From Octopus bimaculoides (lineage: Eukaryota), in NCBI RefSeq assembly GCF_001194135.2, contig NC_068984.1, positions 52,946,786 to 53,010,785 of the forward strand: a stretch of DNA of 64,000 bases, in the 5' to 3' direction. The translations under genes and the position numbers were made by a program. Shown here piece by piece: positions 1 through 13,286 of the stretch. The first letter of the stretch is position 1. The number at the start of each line of letters is the position of its first letter. The notes under the pieces were generated by a model. The model searched no databases and was not told where the DNA came from. It was given only the letters and a program-made list of their open reading frames with translations.

Positions 1-503
1 ATATATACATAGATGATGATGATGGTTAAAACAAGATACTTTCCTTCACAACCTTGCTACCAAGTAGGTGGCTGGTCAAAATTTACTCTAAATTAAAAAG
101 AGAAAGAGAACAACATGCATGCATGTATACATAGGCACATATGCGTGCATGCATTATTCCAAGTGTTGACTGGTTGTTTGTATGTATCTTTGAGTTACCG
201 TTATTTGATAAAAGCATCCAAGATTTATTTACCAGTAAATATGGTGAATAGAAAATCATTAGAAGTATGTTTTTTTTTAATTAGAAATGAGTAAACATTA
301 AATGTTTCTGTCAGCATGAAATAAGTATGCGGTGGTGGTGGTAGTGGCAGCGGTGGCGAAAGCTATATGTATGGATGCACATTAAAAAATATATAAAATG
401 TAAAGACAGATTTTTTTTTAGGTAGTGAATTTATGCAAATATACTATAAAACTGTATATTTTCTGAATATTAATATTTTTTTACTGGTATTTGTTTTACT
501 TAG

Positions 504-565
504 AAACTATTTCTAAACTGAATACTGCATTAGTGAAGCAAGAGAAAGAAGTAACAAAATTAAAG
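504..565 (+). CDS. TMF1: TMF1 coding exon (first in window; gene starts upstream of window)
   Basis: ttactTAG|...AAG|GTaaat. 62 nt, reads (x)TISKLNTALVKQEKEVTKLK, matching the vertebrate TMF1 segment ENIKKLNSMVERQEKDLGRLQ (recalled). Phase joins the next exon. Confidence 0.88.
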
Positions 566-1010
566 GTAAATTGATTATTCAAAAAAAAATATTGATAGAG
601 GACATGCTACAATATGGACAGTATACTTAAGTGTACATCACTACTGATTGTAAATTTTACTGTATCCCAACACTATGTACATTTCACTTTACACCAACAC
701 TAATTTTATTGTACATCAGTACTTCAGTACTTACAGTACACTTTTAGGTACATTTTAACTGATTGTATATCATACATCAACACTTACAGTACACTTTTAG
801 GTAAACTAGTACTGAAAGTATACTTTTACTGTACACCAATACAGAAAGTACATTTTCTGTGTGTTAACACTGACACTTTACGTTAGTACTGATAGTAAAC
901 TTCAATGTATATCAACACTACAGTATACTTTTATGTATACCGACATTGACAGAACATTTTTCTATCTGTTATGTTAAATATTAAGTTGTAAAATTTATGT
1001 TATATTTTAG

Positions 1011-1075
1011 AATGACTTGGATGAGAGCCAAGAGAAAGTTCGAGGCTTACAGGTTGCTTTAGACAACTCATATAA
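1011..1075 (+). CDS. TMF1: TMF1 coding exon
   Basis: ttttAG|...AA|GTaag. 65 nt, NDLDESQEKVRGLQVALDNSY(K); compare TMF1 ...AALDSAYK. Confidence 0.93.
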
Positions 1076-1167
1076 GTAAGTTTAGTAAATATTATCAGTG
1101 CCTTTTTTTTTCATTTCTAACCTATTTATTTGTGCAGTGTTTCACTAAGTTTATTTAATCTTCCTAG

Positions 1168-1324
1168 GGAAATTGCTGAACTCAACAAAACCAATGCTGC
1201 TCGTGACAGCAAAGTCCAGGAAGCTGTACTCAGTGCAGAACTTCAAGTCCGAGAAGAGTTCAATTACTCCATGGAAAAAGATCGTCAAAAGGCTAGACTT
1301 GAAAAAGAGTCTTTTATATGTCAA
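1168..1324 (+). CDS. TMF1: TMF1 coding exon
   Basis: cctAG|G...CAA|GTaaga. 157 nt, EIAELNKTNAARDSKVQEAVLSAELQVREEFNYSMEKDRQKARLEKESFICQ; compare ELTDLHKANAAKDSEAQEAALS. Confidence 0.95.
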
Positions 1325-1378
1325 GTAAGAAAGAGAATTTTTATGTGCAATTTGTGATATCTATATATATATATATAT

Positions 1379-1764
1379 GTTCTTGTCGGCACTCCATCCC
1401 TTACGACGTCGAGGGTTCCAGTTGATCCGATCAACGGAACAGCCTGCTCGTGAAATTAACGTGCAAGTGGCTGAGCACTCTACAGACACGTGTACCCTTA
1501 ACGTAGTTCTTGGGGATATTCAGCGTGACACAGTGTGACAAGGCTGACCCTTTGAATTACAGGCACAACAGAAACGGGAAGTGAGAGTGAGAGAAAGTTG
1601 TGGTGAAAGAGTACAGCAGGGTTCGCCACCATCCCCTGCCGGAGCCTCGTGGAGCTTTAGGTGTTTTCGCTCAATAAACACTCACAACGCCTGGTCTGGG
1701 AATTGAAACCGTGATCCTGTGACCGCGAGACCTTTGCCCAAACCACTGGGCCATTGCACCTCCA
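1379..1764 (-). mobile_element. tRNA-head SINE (family A), full length
   Basis: The reverse complement aligns end-to-end with 16683-17065; A and B boxes are present. Flanked by CTATATATATATAT on both sides. Confidence 0.9.
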
Positions 1765-2984
1765 CTATATATATATATTGGTCAAATAGACTCAAGTACT
1801 TTGGTACTTATTAAGCTCCCATTTTATTAACTGGCTAATTCCTCTTTATTGTAAAGAGTAACACATAAATAAATACCATGCAGTATTTTTGCTTAGTGCA
1901 CCTATTTAACAGCAATCTGTTGATATGTAGGTGTGTGTGTGTGTGTATGAATGATCCAAGGACCCAAGTGTAGGAAGTTGGTAAGATTCAAGCAGTGAGT
2001 AGCTGATATGGAGAACAAAAAGTGGACAGTATACAATAAGAAACAATAACAATTTATTGACATGAAGAGTTACATACTTTTTTCCATCAAAGTTGCTAAG
2101 AGATATATATAGCTTGCATTTTTATTTGTTCCACTCCTTCAATTCATGTATGTGTATATATCATCATCATCAAACGTCCTTTGTCTATGCTGGCATAGGT
2201 CAGATGGTTTGATCAGGGCTTGTAAGCTCGAAGGCTACACCATACTCCAGTTTGATTTGGCTGGATGCCCTTCCTAATGCCAACCACTCCAAGAGTGTAA
2301 TGAGTGCTTTTATGTGCCACTGGCATAGGTGCCATTTGCATGACACCAGTATGCCATGACTGTGATGTGTGTGTGTGTGTAGATATATATACACATATGT
2401 ATGTAATGTAATGTTCTAAATTCAAATCCTGTTAGTATAGACATTGGCGTTCATTATTCTGGAACTGATAAACTTAAGTAACCAGTCATGTACTAGGGTT
2501 CATTTAATCACCTGTACTCTACATCAAAATTTAGAGCTTATGCCAATCTTAGCAATCAATTATTTACATGTAATTAAAGTACAATCTCATATTTATTTTC
2601 TGAGCCACACCTGGCTGATTTTATTACAATTCAAGACTGTAAGAGTAAGAAGTTCATAAATATGTATGTCATACTTTGAAAATATTTAAACATTCTGACC
2701 TATATTTTGAGCGAGTAGTTTTATGCAAAGCATAAAATAAAACTGACATATTTTTATCGAAACAGATTTTCTACGGATGGATGCCCTTTCTGTCACACAC
2801 CTTCACATATTTCCAAGCAAAGTAATATTTCCCCTTGGCCAGACATGTTCTTGCAGAATAATGGAAATGAATGACTCTGCTTATATAACTGTGTCAATCA
2901 TTTACAACTTTTTCTCCCTCCCTCCCTCTCTCTTTCTCTTTCTCTTTCTCTCTCTCTCACACACACAGTTTACTGTTCTGTGAA

Positions 2985-3200
2985 GGCGCATGGCTCAGTG
3001 GTTAGCGCATCGGGCTCTCAGTCATGAGGTAGTGAGTTCAATTCCTAGACCAGGCTGTGTGTTGTGTTCTTGAGCAAGACACTTTATTTCACATTGCTCC
3101 AGTTCACTCAGCTGTAGAAATGAGTTGCGATGTCACTGGTGCCAAGTTGTATTGGTGTCTGCCTTTACCTTGGGTAACATTAGTGGCATGGAGAGGGGAT
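2985..3200 (+). mobile_element. tRNA-head SINE with conserved central domain (V/Meta-like)
   Basis: TGGCTCAGTGG...GAGTTCAATTCC, then GTGTTCTTGAGCAAGACACTTTA. Domain naming is from memory. Confidence 0.7.
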
Positions 3201-3247
3201 GCATGGGTGACTGTTGCTATATGGTTGCTCTTTTTCTTATCCAATAG

Positions 3248-3340
3248 ATTGAAGATTTGCAAATTAACCTCAGCCGGCAAGAAAAAGAACACACCAGACG
3301 TGAGGATTTGTTGAAACGAGAAATTTCTGACTTGCAGCAG
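3248..3340 (+). CDS. TMF1: TMF1 coding exon
   Basis: aatAG|...CAG|GTttga. 93 nt, IEDLQINLSRQEKEHTRREDLLKREISDLQQ; compare RKEDYLRHEIGELQQ. Confidence 0.95.
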
Positions 3341-4267
3341 GTTTGACCCTTTCTATTTAAGCATGTCTTCTATTTACTAACTCATTGTGTTCTACATTTC
3401 ATTTGTTATTTAGCCCCAGGTTAGTTCTGACCTGATCAAAACTCTGATCAGAGGCATTCCAAATATTTGTATCTTTTATTCAAACTTTTAGTATTTCTGG
3501 AACTATTTTATTCAATATGTCCTTTTTTTCTTTCTTTGGGACAACAAGATGTGGTTAGTACAAGAGAGATTTGGTTTCTGTTTCTCGATGGTTAAATGAT
3601 CATAGACACTTTTGTAAATTAATTTACAGCAAAAAGAAAAATGGATTTTCTTATCTGTTATTTTTTAGTTGCTTCACTCATTGGACTGTGGCCATGGTGG
3701 GATACCACCTTGAAGGGTTTAGCTGTTCAAATTGACCTCAGGACTCATTTTTAAGCCTGCTACTTATTCTATCAATCTCTTTTTGCCAAACCACTAAGTT
3801 ACTGCATGTAAGCAAACCAACACTGAATGTCAAATGCTGATAAGGGATAAACACAAAGTCACACACACACACGATGGACTACTTTTAGTTTCATTCTATC
3901 AAATCCACTCACAATAGTCTAGGGCTATTGTAGAAGACATTTGCCCAAGCTGCCATACAGTGGGATTGAACTTGAAACCATGTGGTTGGGAAGCAAGCTT
4001 CTTATACAGCCAAGCCAGCTTATTTATATTTGTTTGAAATTTTTAAAAGACTTTAAAATTTTTTTTGGTAAAATCCTCACTGTTAATTTTAATAAACGAG
4101 ACTGCCAATTGAAATGATGTAACTCATGACTAATTGGAATAGAAAAATTACTTTAAAATAATTTTTATAATTTCGTAAAGGTTATCAAACCCTCTAGAAT
4201 TCTGTCATGTTATGATGATATATTTTCTTGTTTAAAGATGACATATTCATCTGGCTTATCATTGTAG

Positions 4268-4322
4268 AGATTGCAAGAAGATGAGGCCCGAAATCAAGAT
4301 TTAACAATCTCTGTAACCTCTG
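4268..4322 (+). CDS. TMF1: TMF1 coding exon
   Basis: tgtAG|...G|GTaag. 55 nt, RLQEDEARNQDLTISVTS; compare RLQEAENRNQELSQSVSS. Confidence 0.95.
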
Positions 4323-5475
4323 GTAAGATATATATTATAAAATATAAATTCCACTTTTTTTTTTTTTTTTTTTGTGGTAATGGNNNNNNNNNNAAATTCC
4401 ACTTTTTTTTTTTTTTTTTTTGTGGTAATGGATTATGAAGTAGAGAGAGAGAGCAGTGCCCATGACTTTCTTTTGCAGGGCCTCCAAGGTTGGGGACATT
4501 AGCGTCATCATTATCCTCATCGTCTTAACATCCACTTTTCTATGCTTGCATTGGTTGGACAGAATTTGTTGAGACAGATTTCTCTACTGTCAGATGCTCT
4601 TCCTGTCACCAACCTTCACCTGTAAGCTAATATTTTCTTACAGCTGGACATGTTTTCATGGAACATTGAAACAAAGGGCACTGCTTGTATGATGGTGACA
4701 CTCATTTATGACAATCATATGTTGTCAAGGCTAGGAAATGCCAACTCATATGCATGTAGACACTCACAGGCAGACACACACACACACACACACTCAAGAC
4801 AACCCACCCAACACAACAGAGCATTGGTGTGCATACTGGTGCCATGTAAAAAGCACTGAGTGCATTCTGTAAAGTGGTTGGTGTTAGGAAGAGCATCCAG
4901 CCATAGAAACCAAGCCTAAACAGACTATGGAATCTGGTGCAGCCCTTGGCCTTTGCCAGTTCCTGTCAAGCCATCCAACTAATGTCACCATGGAAAACAG
5001 ACATTAAATGTTGTTGTTGATGATGATGATGATGATGATGATCACACACACACACAATAGGCACTTTTTAGTCTCTATCTACCAAGGCTTTGCTCGGCTG
5101 AGGGCTCTAGCAGATGACATTTGGGATTGGACCCAGAACTAAGTCATTGGGAATCAAGCTTCCCAACCGCACAGAACCACTGATGCAATACAAACCACAT
5201 ATCTATTGAGCTATGTGAGTGGAAATGTTTCTGTTTTTCATATCAAATTAATATTTATAATGTCTAACATGTTGGTTATATCCTAGAAAATATTTTGTGT
5301 AATGTGTTCTATCAGTTCTCAAAAAATAGACCAGGGGAGGAGGAAACTTATATTTTAATTTAGTTTAGAAAAGAATTTTCGATGATGAAGGGATGTTATT
5401 ATTTTTTTGCATATCTGATTCAACATTGTTTCACAAATTCCTCTTGTTTAAAATCACATACATTATGTTTTGTAG

Positions 5476-5577
5476 CTACTCGTCCTCTGTTACGGCAGAT
5501 AGAAAATCTACAGTCCACATATGGTGCCCAGTCATTGCTGTGGGAGAAAAGAGAAAAAGCTCTTACAGAAAGAATCT
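5476..5577 (+). CDS. TMF1: TMF1 coding exon
   Basis: tgtAG|...T|GTaag. 102 nt, (A)TRPLLRQIENLQSTYGAQSLLWEKREKALTERI, containing the hallmark TRPLLRQIENLQ motif. Confidence 0.97.
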
Positions 5578-6073
5578 GTAAGTTTTGAGAAGGTTTTTTT
5601 TTTCTCTAACAAGCATATTAATATAATGAAAAAAGCGACATAACTGAAATTTCAATTAAAAATAATGGAAATCAATTAGTTCTATCTTTCCCTCAAGCTT
5701 TTACTTTTTCAATTAGGGCAAGTAGATTATCATTTGCTGATAAATTACCATTTGCTGATGAAAGAAGAAAGTAATATTTCATATCTTTGTTACCAAGTTT
5801 TATATATCTATGATGGTAGTTTATTCAACTGAGACAGTAAATTGAATGTTTCCTAGTTTTATGTACTACTTGAGCCTATCATTCCATCAGTGGTTGATAA
5901 TTGTAGATAACTTTAGATATCTATAAAATACCAATACAATATCTTACATTATCAATAAATTTATTAATAAAAAAATTACTAATTCCAGTCTACTTTACTG
6001 AGGTATGATTTTACACTTGTTTTCTTCTTTCTATTATTCATTTGTTTTTATTGTCTTAATATTTTCATTGAAG

Positions 6074-6266
6074 CGGAAATCCAGCAGCAGTTAGCTGTGG
6101 CTGAAGAAAAGGAAAATATTAGCAGTGAGAAAATCCTAACATTATCTTCAAAAATTAAAGCATTAGAAACACAAAATACCAGTATGAGACAAGAAAAATG
6201 TCAACTTTCAGCACAATTAGAAATGGAAAAATCTAAAAGAGAAATGCTGGAAGATAGCCAGAACAA
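6074..6266 (+). CDS. TMF1: TMF1 coding exon
   Basis: ttgaAG|...AA|GTaaat. 193 nt of open coiled-coil frame, (S)EIQQQLAVAEEKENISSEKILTLSSKIKALETQNTSMRQEKCQLSAQLEMEKSKREMLEDSQN. Phases 1/2 fit both neighbours. Confidence 0.93.
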
Positions 6267-7041
6267 GTAAATGTCACTTCAGTTTTCAAAAAATAAAAAA
6301 GTTTTTTTTTTTAATACTTAATTTTAAAAGTATACGACATCATTAATTTAATAAAGTTAGTTTTCATTGTAGACGTTTTGTAACAATCTATAAAATGGAA
6401 AATTTTACATTTTCTATTTTGTGTGAAATATATTTGAAGAACATAGATATGTTATAGATTCAAATCTTCTGTATATTTCTGAACTTTCTTCCATTAATGC
6501 CAGTTAGAGGGCCAACAAAGTGAGTGCGACAATATTCTCAAAGATATTGACTTTTCTTTATTTAATGAAATGAAAACACTGAATATGAAAGTAGCTATTA
6601 AATTTATTTGTAGCTGTTTTCTACTTGAGAAAGTTGAAGTAAGCTTTCTTTTTATAAATTTACTTGTGTTCAATGCCACTGCATGGAGCTTGGGGCAAGT
6701 GTCTTCAAAGCTTTATGTGAATAATTGAGTTTATATCTCAGACTTATGATCAAAAGTGATCCATCTTTGGCCATTTCATCTTATTTTTCAGGTCTTATCT
6801 AAAATAATGTTTCCCACTCATTTCTTTTTAAGATGGTAGAGTGTGAACTGTAGGAGATTTTGAATGACTGCTAAATCAGATATCGTTACTAAACTAGATA
6901 TCTGTTACTAAATGATATTCCATTTGTTTTAGTTTAATCGACATCATCAATAAAGAAATAATAATAACATATGCTCTAATACTTTAGTTATTGTATTTAT
7001 ATCATGCAATGTGATGATTTTTATGTTATTTTATATTTCAG

Positions 7042-7111
7042 TGCCACGTGTCAGTTGGCTGCTTTACGCCAACAAATGTCCAATGAGGTGATGGAATTAA
7101 AAAAAGATAAG
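7042..7111 (+). CDS. TMF1: TMF1 coding exon
   Basis: tttcAG|...AAG|GTaaat. 70 nt, (N)ATCQLAALRQQMSNEVMELKKDK. Restores phase 0. Confidence 0.88.
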
Positions 7112-8345
7112 GTAAATATAGTCTTTATTTCTAAAAAAGATTGAGAAGAATGTTGGTATGGTTGAATGGTTAGAGCATTTGCTTTGCAATGACTTGGGTT
7201 TGATCCTACTGCATACCATCTTGCCTTCTACTATAGACTTCAGCTGACCAGTGTCTTGTAAGTGAAATCTGATAAATGGAAACTGTATGGATGCCCATTG
7301 TATGTGTGTGTGTGATTGTCCTTATGTATCATCACATTCACCCCATTTTCCTGTAAACAAATGTCTCACAGCAGTTCTGCAAAGATCTGGAATAAAGAAC
7401 CTTATTTGAAAAGGTGTAATGTTTGGTATCAGTCTGTAAAATACTGGCTGAAGAAGTCTCATCCAGCTTATGTTAGTATCAAAAAAGCGACTGAATTTGG
7501 AATGAGTACTTAGTGGTAGTTAGGAGTTTACACTCTGATGAACTGCTGTCTTTGATAAGGTAAAGTCGTCTACTTTCAGTCACCCAAACATCTCAGAAAC
7601 CCGAATTAACTCCAGTCTCATGAGCTTGCTGCCTCCTGGCAGACTTTTACTATTTTCAAAGTGTACATCTTAATGTATCTTGGTTTGGTTTTGCAATTTT
7701 AATTACTTTGTTTGAGAAGATTTATGATGAAAATCATTTCAGTTGCAACCAGATATCTATCTTTCTCGTGGATATTGTATATTTAGGATTGCATTGGTAT
7801 AATATATCCTTCTCTTTTCAGAATAGTAGGTTTTATTTGAGTGATATTTGACTACTACTTCTAGCAGATCAAATGATCATGTAAGGTCTTCCTCATAGGC
7901 CCACTGTTTTGCAACTTTGAAATAATTTCTATCAGGTAAAGTGATAGCATAGAGCAGTGGTTCTCAATATTTTGACTTTATGGTGCACTGAAGATGATAT
8001 AAAAAAAATTACTAGAACTCTTCACATAGAAATTTAAAAAAGCAGAAAGGTAAAAACATTTAGAAGAATAAAGAAAATTATTGCTTACATTGTCTTGTTA
8101 ATCATACTTATTTGTTGGTTAGTTTAATGTCTGTTTTTCCATTCTAGTATGGGTTGGATTGGAACTTATTTGAGATTGCATTTTATAGCCAGACGCTCTT
8201 TCACCAATCCTTGTTTTCTGAGTGAGGGATATTTTTTTTTATTTCACTGGTATTGGAAAGCATAAGATGACCATAAAGCTAACAAGTAATGTAAACATAT
8301 CAATGTTTTATTGAGGCAGTGACAAGTGAAGCCATGAAATGTCAT

Positions 8346-8383
<38 letters not shown>

Positions 8384-9151
8384 TATGATGGCTTTCATAC
8401 AGTTTCTGTCAACCATTTCCACTCAAAAAGCATTGGTTGACATTGAGCTATAGTAAAAGACTCTTGCCCCAGCTGCTGCACAGTAAGACTAAACCTGAAA
8501 CCATATAGTTACAATCTTCTTAACCACATAGCCATGCTTGCACCCAACAAAACTACTAAAGAATTACTCATTTGTTTCTTTGCTTTAATGTAATAATGTG
8601 ATTTACAATACGTGAATTTTATGTATCTTCTTCCTTATATTCCTTAATTTCAAATTCAAATTTCTCATCATGTGCCATGTTGTGAGATAGTTATCTCCTC
8701 TGTATTAACAGCCATAACCCAAAGGATGCTACATATAATTTTAAATGTTTGGTTATTTTTCTAAAATTTAAGATAAACTCAATTATTTCAAGTATCTGTC
8801 TTTGTTGCTAGAAATAAGGTCTTTGAGAGAATCCATTTCTTTCATATCAAAGATTCACACATTTAATCGATATAAAATAACCCTTAGAATTTTTGAAGCT
8901 TTGCAAGTAATCTTAGATACTAGAATATAAAGCATATGTTTCCTAATCATTTGAAAATCATTTCTAAAAATATTTTAGATTTCAAATTTGAATATCATTA
9001 ATAGGAAATGTTATATGAAAACAAAAATATATTATCATATTAAAATAAAAAAATATTGTCCAGATCTGCAAAAAATTTAAAATATAAAAAAGAAAAGAAA
9101 AAATTATTATACTTGCTTTTCTTTTAACTTAGCTTTTTTTAAAAATTTTAG

Positions 9152-9244
9152 GTTTATCTTGAAGCTCAGCTGGAAATTGAAAAAACCAAAGTTGATAACG
9201 AGAAGAAAAAACTTATCCAGTCCCTTGAACAATTAAAAGAAATG
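9152..9244 (+). CDS. TMF1: TMF1 coding exon
   Basis: ttttAG|...ATG|GTatgt. 93 nt, VYLEAQLEIEKTKVDNEKKKLIQSLEQLKEM; compare LLNSQLEMERMKVEQERKK. Confidence 0.93.
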
Positions 9245-9313
9245 GTATGTTGTTTACCTATTTTTACTAATGATGGGTATGAAGTAGAATGAAATGAGAA
9301 TTAACAGAAGCCT

Positions 9314-9350
<37 letters not shown>

Positions 9351-9482
9351 GCATATACATTATATAGTAATGCTTCAACAAGTAGCAAAGCACTTGATCA
9401 GCTAAGAGAGTAAAGAAAATGTTTTTATTTCGCCACTTTTCAAGCTTATAGTTTTTCGTTCTACCATTTTATATATATAATA

Positions 9483-11510
9483 CAGGCTGATCAACCCTCT
9501 AAAAGTGAGATAAGTATCATTAGCAAACATATTCTTGATACTATCAACTCCGATATCAGAAGGGTTACATGGTTGACTCTGTGGAACTCCAGCACAGCCA
9601 TTATTGACTGGTTCTGCGGTATCAAGAATAAATCAGCCTGCAGATTCACCCAGTTTGACATTGTCGACTTCTACCCTTCCATATCTAAGCCCTCCTTCTG
9701 AAGGCCCTAACTTTTGCTGAGCCAGAATTATCATGAATGCCAGAAAGTCAATTCTGGTCCATGATGATTCCTTCTGGGTGAAGAAAGGTGATCCATTGTT
9801 TGATGTCTCTATGGGGAGCTTTGACGGGGCTAAAATTGCTAACCTTGTAGGGTTATATATCTTGGATACTCTTGAGAGACATACCCACTCACATAGGTCG
9901 GCCCTCTATAGGGACAACGGCCTGGCTATCTCAAGCCATATGAATGGCCAGGAAGGACTTGATAAAAATATTTAAGGAGTTTGGCCTGTCCATAACGGTT
10001 ACCACCAACCTGACTACAGTCGATTTCTTGGACGTTATCTTAGACCTGAGTATGAGGAAACAGTATACATCCACAAGAGCTCAAACCATAGCCCCACTGT
10101 AATTAGAAACATGGTTTCAGGCATTAGCAAACAACTATCTAATCTCTCGGCCAATAGAGAGATCTTTATCAGGGTTGCACCCCACCCCTCACACAACGAT
10201 GCTTTGCCTTAGAGCGGGTTTACTGAGAAGCTCACATATGTGGACAACCCCCAAACACTCTCTCCTCACCCCAAAAGGATTAAGTAAAAGAAAATTATAT
10301 GGTATAACATCCCTTTCAACCTAGAAGCTTTCACCAACGTAGCTAGGGAGCTTCCTGTTGTTAATTAAGAAACACTTCCCCAGAGGCCACAAGTATTACA
10401 AACTCTTCAACCCCCATAATGTCAAAGTGAGCTACTCCTTAGACAACATCGTATCTAACATCGCATGCATCAACAAACATAAAAATGCACCTGCTTCAAC
10501 CCCAACCTGCAACTGCTAAAACTGCACCATGTCCCCTCTAGAAGGATCCTGCATCTGAAGGGCCGTATTATACAGAGCCACCCTTACACCATCTGATGGC
10601 ATTACAAGGAACTATACAGGTATGACAGCTAATGACTTCAAAGGAAGACACTTCTAGCATATGCACTTGTTCAAATCTAGGGACAGAGAGAACTCTACTT
10701 CCTTGTCTCTGGAGACACCATGACCTCTGAGATGAAACACCCAGCATCAAGTGGACTGTTGTCAACAGAGCGTCACCATATTCACTCCGCACCCCCAACT
10801 GCCAGCTCTGCCTCCATAAAAAACTGCATATCCTCCAACAATCAGCAGCATCCATCAACAAGAAATACAATTTATCTTATTGCTGTCACCAGAGGCAAAT
10901 TTCAAGCCACTAACTGCCGACAACCTGGATATACCACCTTAGTACCAGCTGCTACTCTGCACCACCTGCACCACCATCAACCAACCCCCATGAACAGGAC
11001 CACCAATTAACAAACCCCAATGCTTACCAATTCCCATCGCATACCAATCCCCAACTTTTGTTATGCACATGTATATTCATGCATGCATATGTGCGCAAAC
11101 TGGTATGCATGCGTATATGCATATGTATATAGAAATTAATACACATGTGTGTATGCACTTGTATCTGTGTGTGTGCATGCACGCATGTTTGTTCATATAT
11201 GTGTGTGGGCATGCGCTCCTATGTACAGATGCGCATGCTTGCATCAATACAGACATACACACAAAACCATATGAGTGCATCTACACACCCACATATACAA
11301 CTATATAATTGCACACACCACCCCTTCCTACTTCCCCTCCAATAACCCGACCGATTTCCTATCCACCATGTGGTCAATTTCCTGTCTACCACAGTCGATT
11401 TCCTGTTCACCATGCTGTATTTTCCAACTAACTGTTACCAATATACCAACATCAAACTACGACGCTGAGTGACCTTTCTTGAGCAATCGCAGCCCACTTT
11501 ACAGTAATAA
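9483..11510 (+). mobile_element. Degenerate 5'-truncated Penelope-like retroelement (RT + C-terminal GIY-YIG, Naiad-like)
   Basis: Frameshifted motifs RLINP, FDIVDFYPSIS, IIMNARKS, FDVSMGSFDG, LYRDNGL, DFLDVILDL, IIWYNIPF, KLFNPHNVKVSYS, CNC..PLEGSC, VLY..YTG and CQLCL. Many stops. The 3' boundary is approximate. Confidence 0.88.
11045..11320. repeat. Degenerate alternating purine/pyrimidine (TA/CA/TG) tract
   Basis: ~270 nt of mixed ATGC/ATAC/GTGT repeats inside the Penelope-like remnant. It produces several spurious ORFs. Confidence 0.8.
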
Positions 11511-13286
11511 CAATCAACTTCTGTCATTCAAATTCCAAATGGCTAAAGATTAGCATCACGCTTGAAACTCAAGAGTACCAACAAATTTGAATCAAACTGT
11601 TTTGATCCATTTCAATTTACTCTACTTAGAGATTTTAATAATTGAATTAAAGGTTTACACTATTTGGAATCAGAAGCTACAGAAAGCTTGTAGCTGTAGG
11701 GAGTTGATATTAGTAATGGAATGTCTTTAAGTGTTTCTTATTTTAGTGTTAGTTAAGAAACATATTGGGAGAATTTATTTTTTGAAGATCCCCAATATAT
11801 GGTTTTTTAAGTAATTCTTGTGTAAAGGATGAGAAAGAGTTTTTTGTAGGGACTGACATATAATCAGTTGTTTGTTTGTCAAAGTCCTTTTGTTGCTCTT
11901 CACATCATCAATGACATGCCTTCTCTCTTCAAGGTCTTTACACACACATGCACACACACACTTCCTTTAGTACTTCAAACGTGATCAGCACAATAGTCAG
12001 AAATAATTTCACAAAAAATTGCAAATAGACACCACTTGTATGGCAGTCATATTTACTTACAGTTAGTATGCAATATCAAGGCAAGGAGATATGAACACAC
12101 AAACACACCATGGGCTTCTTTCAGTTTCCAATCTACCAAATGCACTCTCAAGACTTCAGTTGGCCATAGGCTATTATATCTTTATAAGACCTACTTTAGG
12201 CCTGAGTTGACTAAAGACTTGTGAGTGGATTTGGTAGATGGAAACAGAAAAGAAGCCCATTATGTATACATGTGTGTGTATTCATATCTTCTTGCCTTGA
12301 TATTGCATACTGATTGTAAATGAATGTCACGCCTATACAGGCAGTATCTGTTTGCACACTTCCATGAAAACATGCCTGATTATTGTGTTGGTCATGTTCA
12401 AAGGAAACAGATGAGGTTGACAAGAGTTGAAAAGTATGCAGCTCTAGAAAATCTGCTTCGACGAATTTTGTTTGACTATGGAAATGTGGCCATTAAAAAA
12501 ATATGTGTATTAGTATTTATTTAATTATCATTGGTATTTAATGTCCATTTTTCCATGCTTGCCTGGGTTGGATGAAATTTGTTGAGGTGGATTTTCTATG
12601 ACCAGATGCCCTTTCAGTTGCCAACTATCACTTGTTTCCAAGTAAGGTAATATTTCCCCTTGACTACACGTCTTGGAAGATTAGAAGCGAAGGGCACCAC
12701 TTTGCAAGATGATGACACTCACTTATAATAACTATCATGTGACATCAAGGCAGGAAGGCAGTAACACACACAACTTTGGTCAGCTCAGGGTACCATGCAG
12801 TGTGACTGAACCTGAAATCATGTGGTTTGGAAGCAAACTTCTTGCCACACACCTACACACACGTACAAATATGATTTGGTCTGAAAGTTTGTGAGTGTGT
12901 GTTTTGGGGTTTTTTGAGTTTTTTTTAAGCAAATAGTTTTACAGCTGGAAGCTTTGCCTGGTGCTAATCTTTCAAATGTGAAGTAGAGAGTGGCACCTAT
13001 CAGTCTGACAACTGGAGCAATATGAAGGCTACAATAGTAAGGTTTAAACCTCAATGCATTACCTTAGTCTCACAACTATTTGCCTCTTGTACTTAAATAT
13101 ACATACATGTTAACTGAATATTTTTGTGATCAGAATACGAATTGTAATCAGGACCTTCACATGTTTCTTGTTTCTATCATTTCTCTCCCTTCAGTCATTC
13201 TCATAAATTTTACTAAAACAAATTTTTTCCACTATGTATACCAGTTCCTTGAACCACTGTGAATAGCATATGTGTTTTGATTTCAG

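Noticed and set aside
4345-4430. Direct repeat AAATTCCAC(T)nGTGGTAATGG
   Set aside because: Identical copies flank a 10-N gap (4384-4393), typical of an unmerged contig overlap.
10505-10730. Selenocysteine-type UGA recoding in the Penelope-like ORF
   Set aside because: The TGA codons are not at Cys positions and co-occur with TAA/TAG stops and frameshifts.
11465-11500. Hammerhead at the 3' end of the first Penelope-like element
   Set aside because: CTGAGTGA only resembles the core, and no GAAA or stem III follows.
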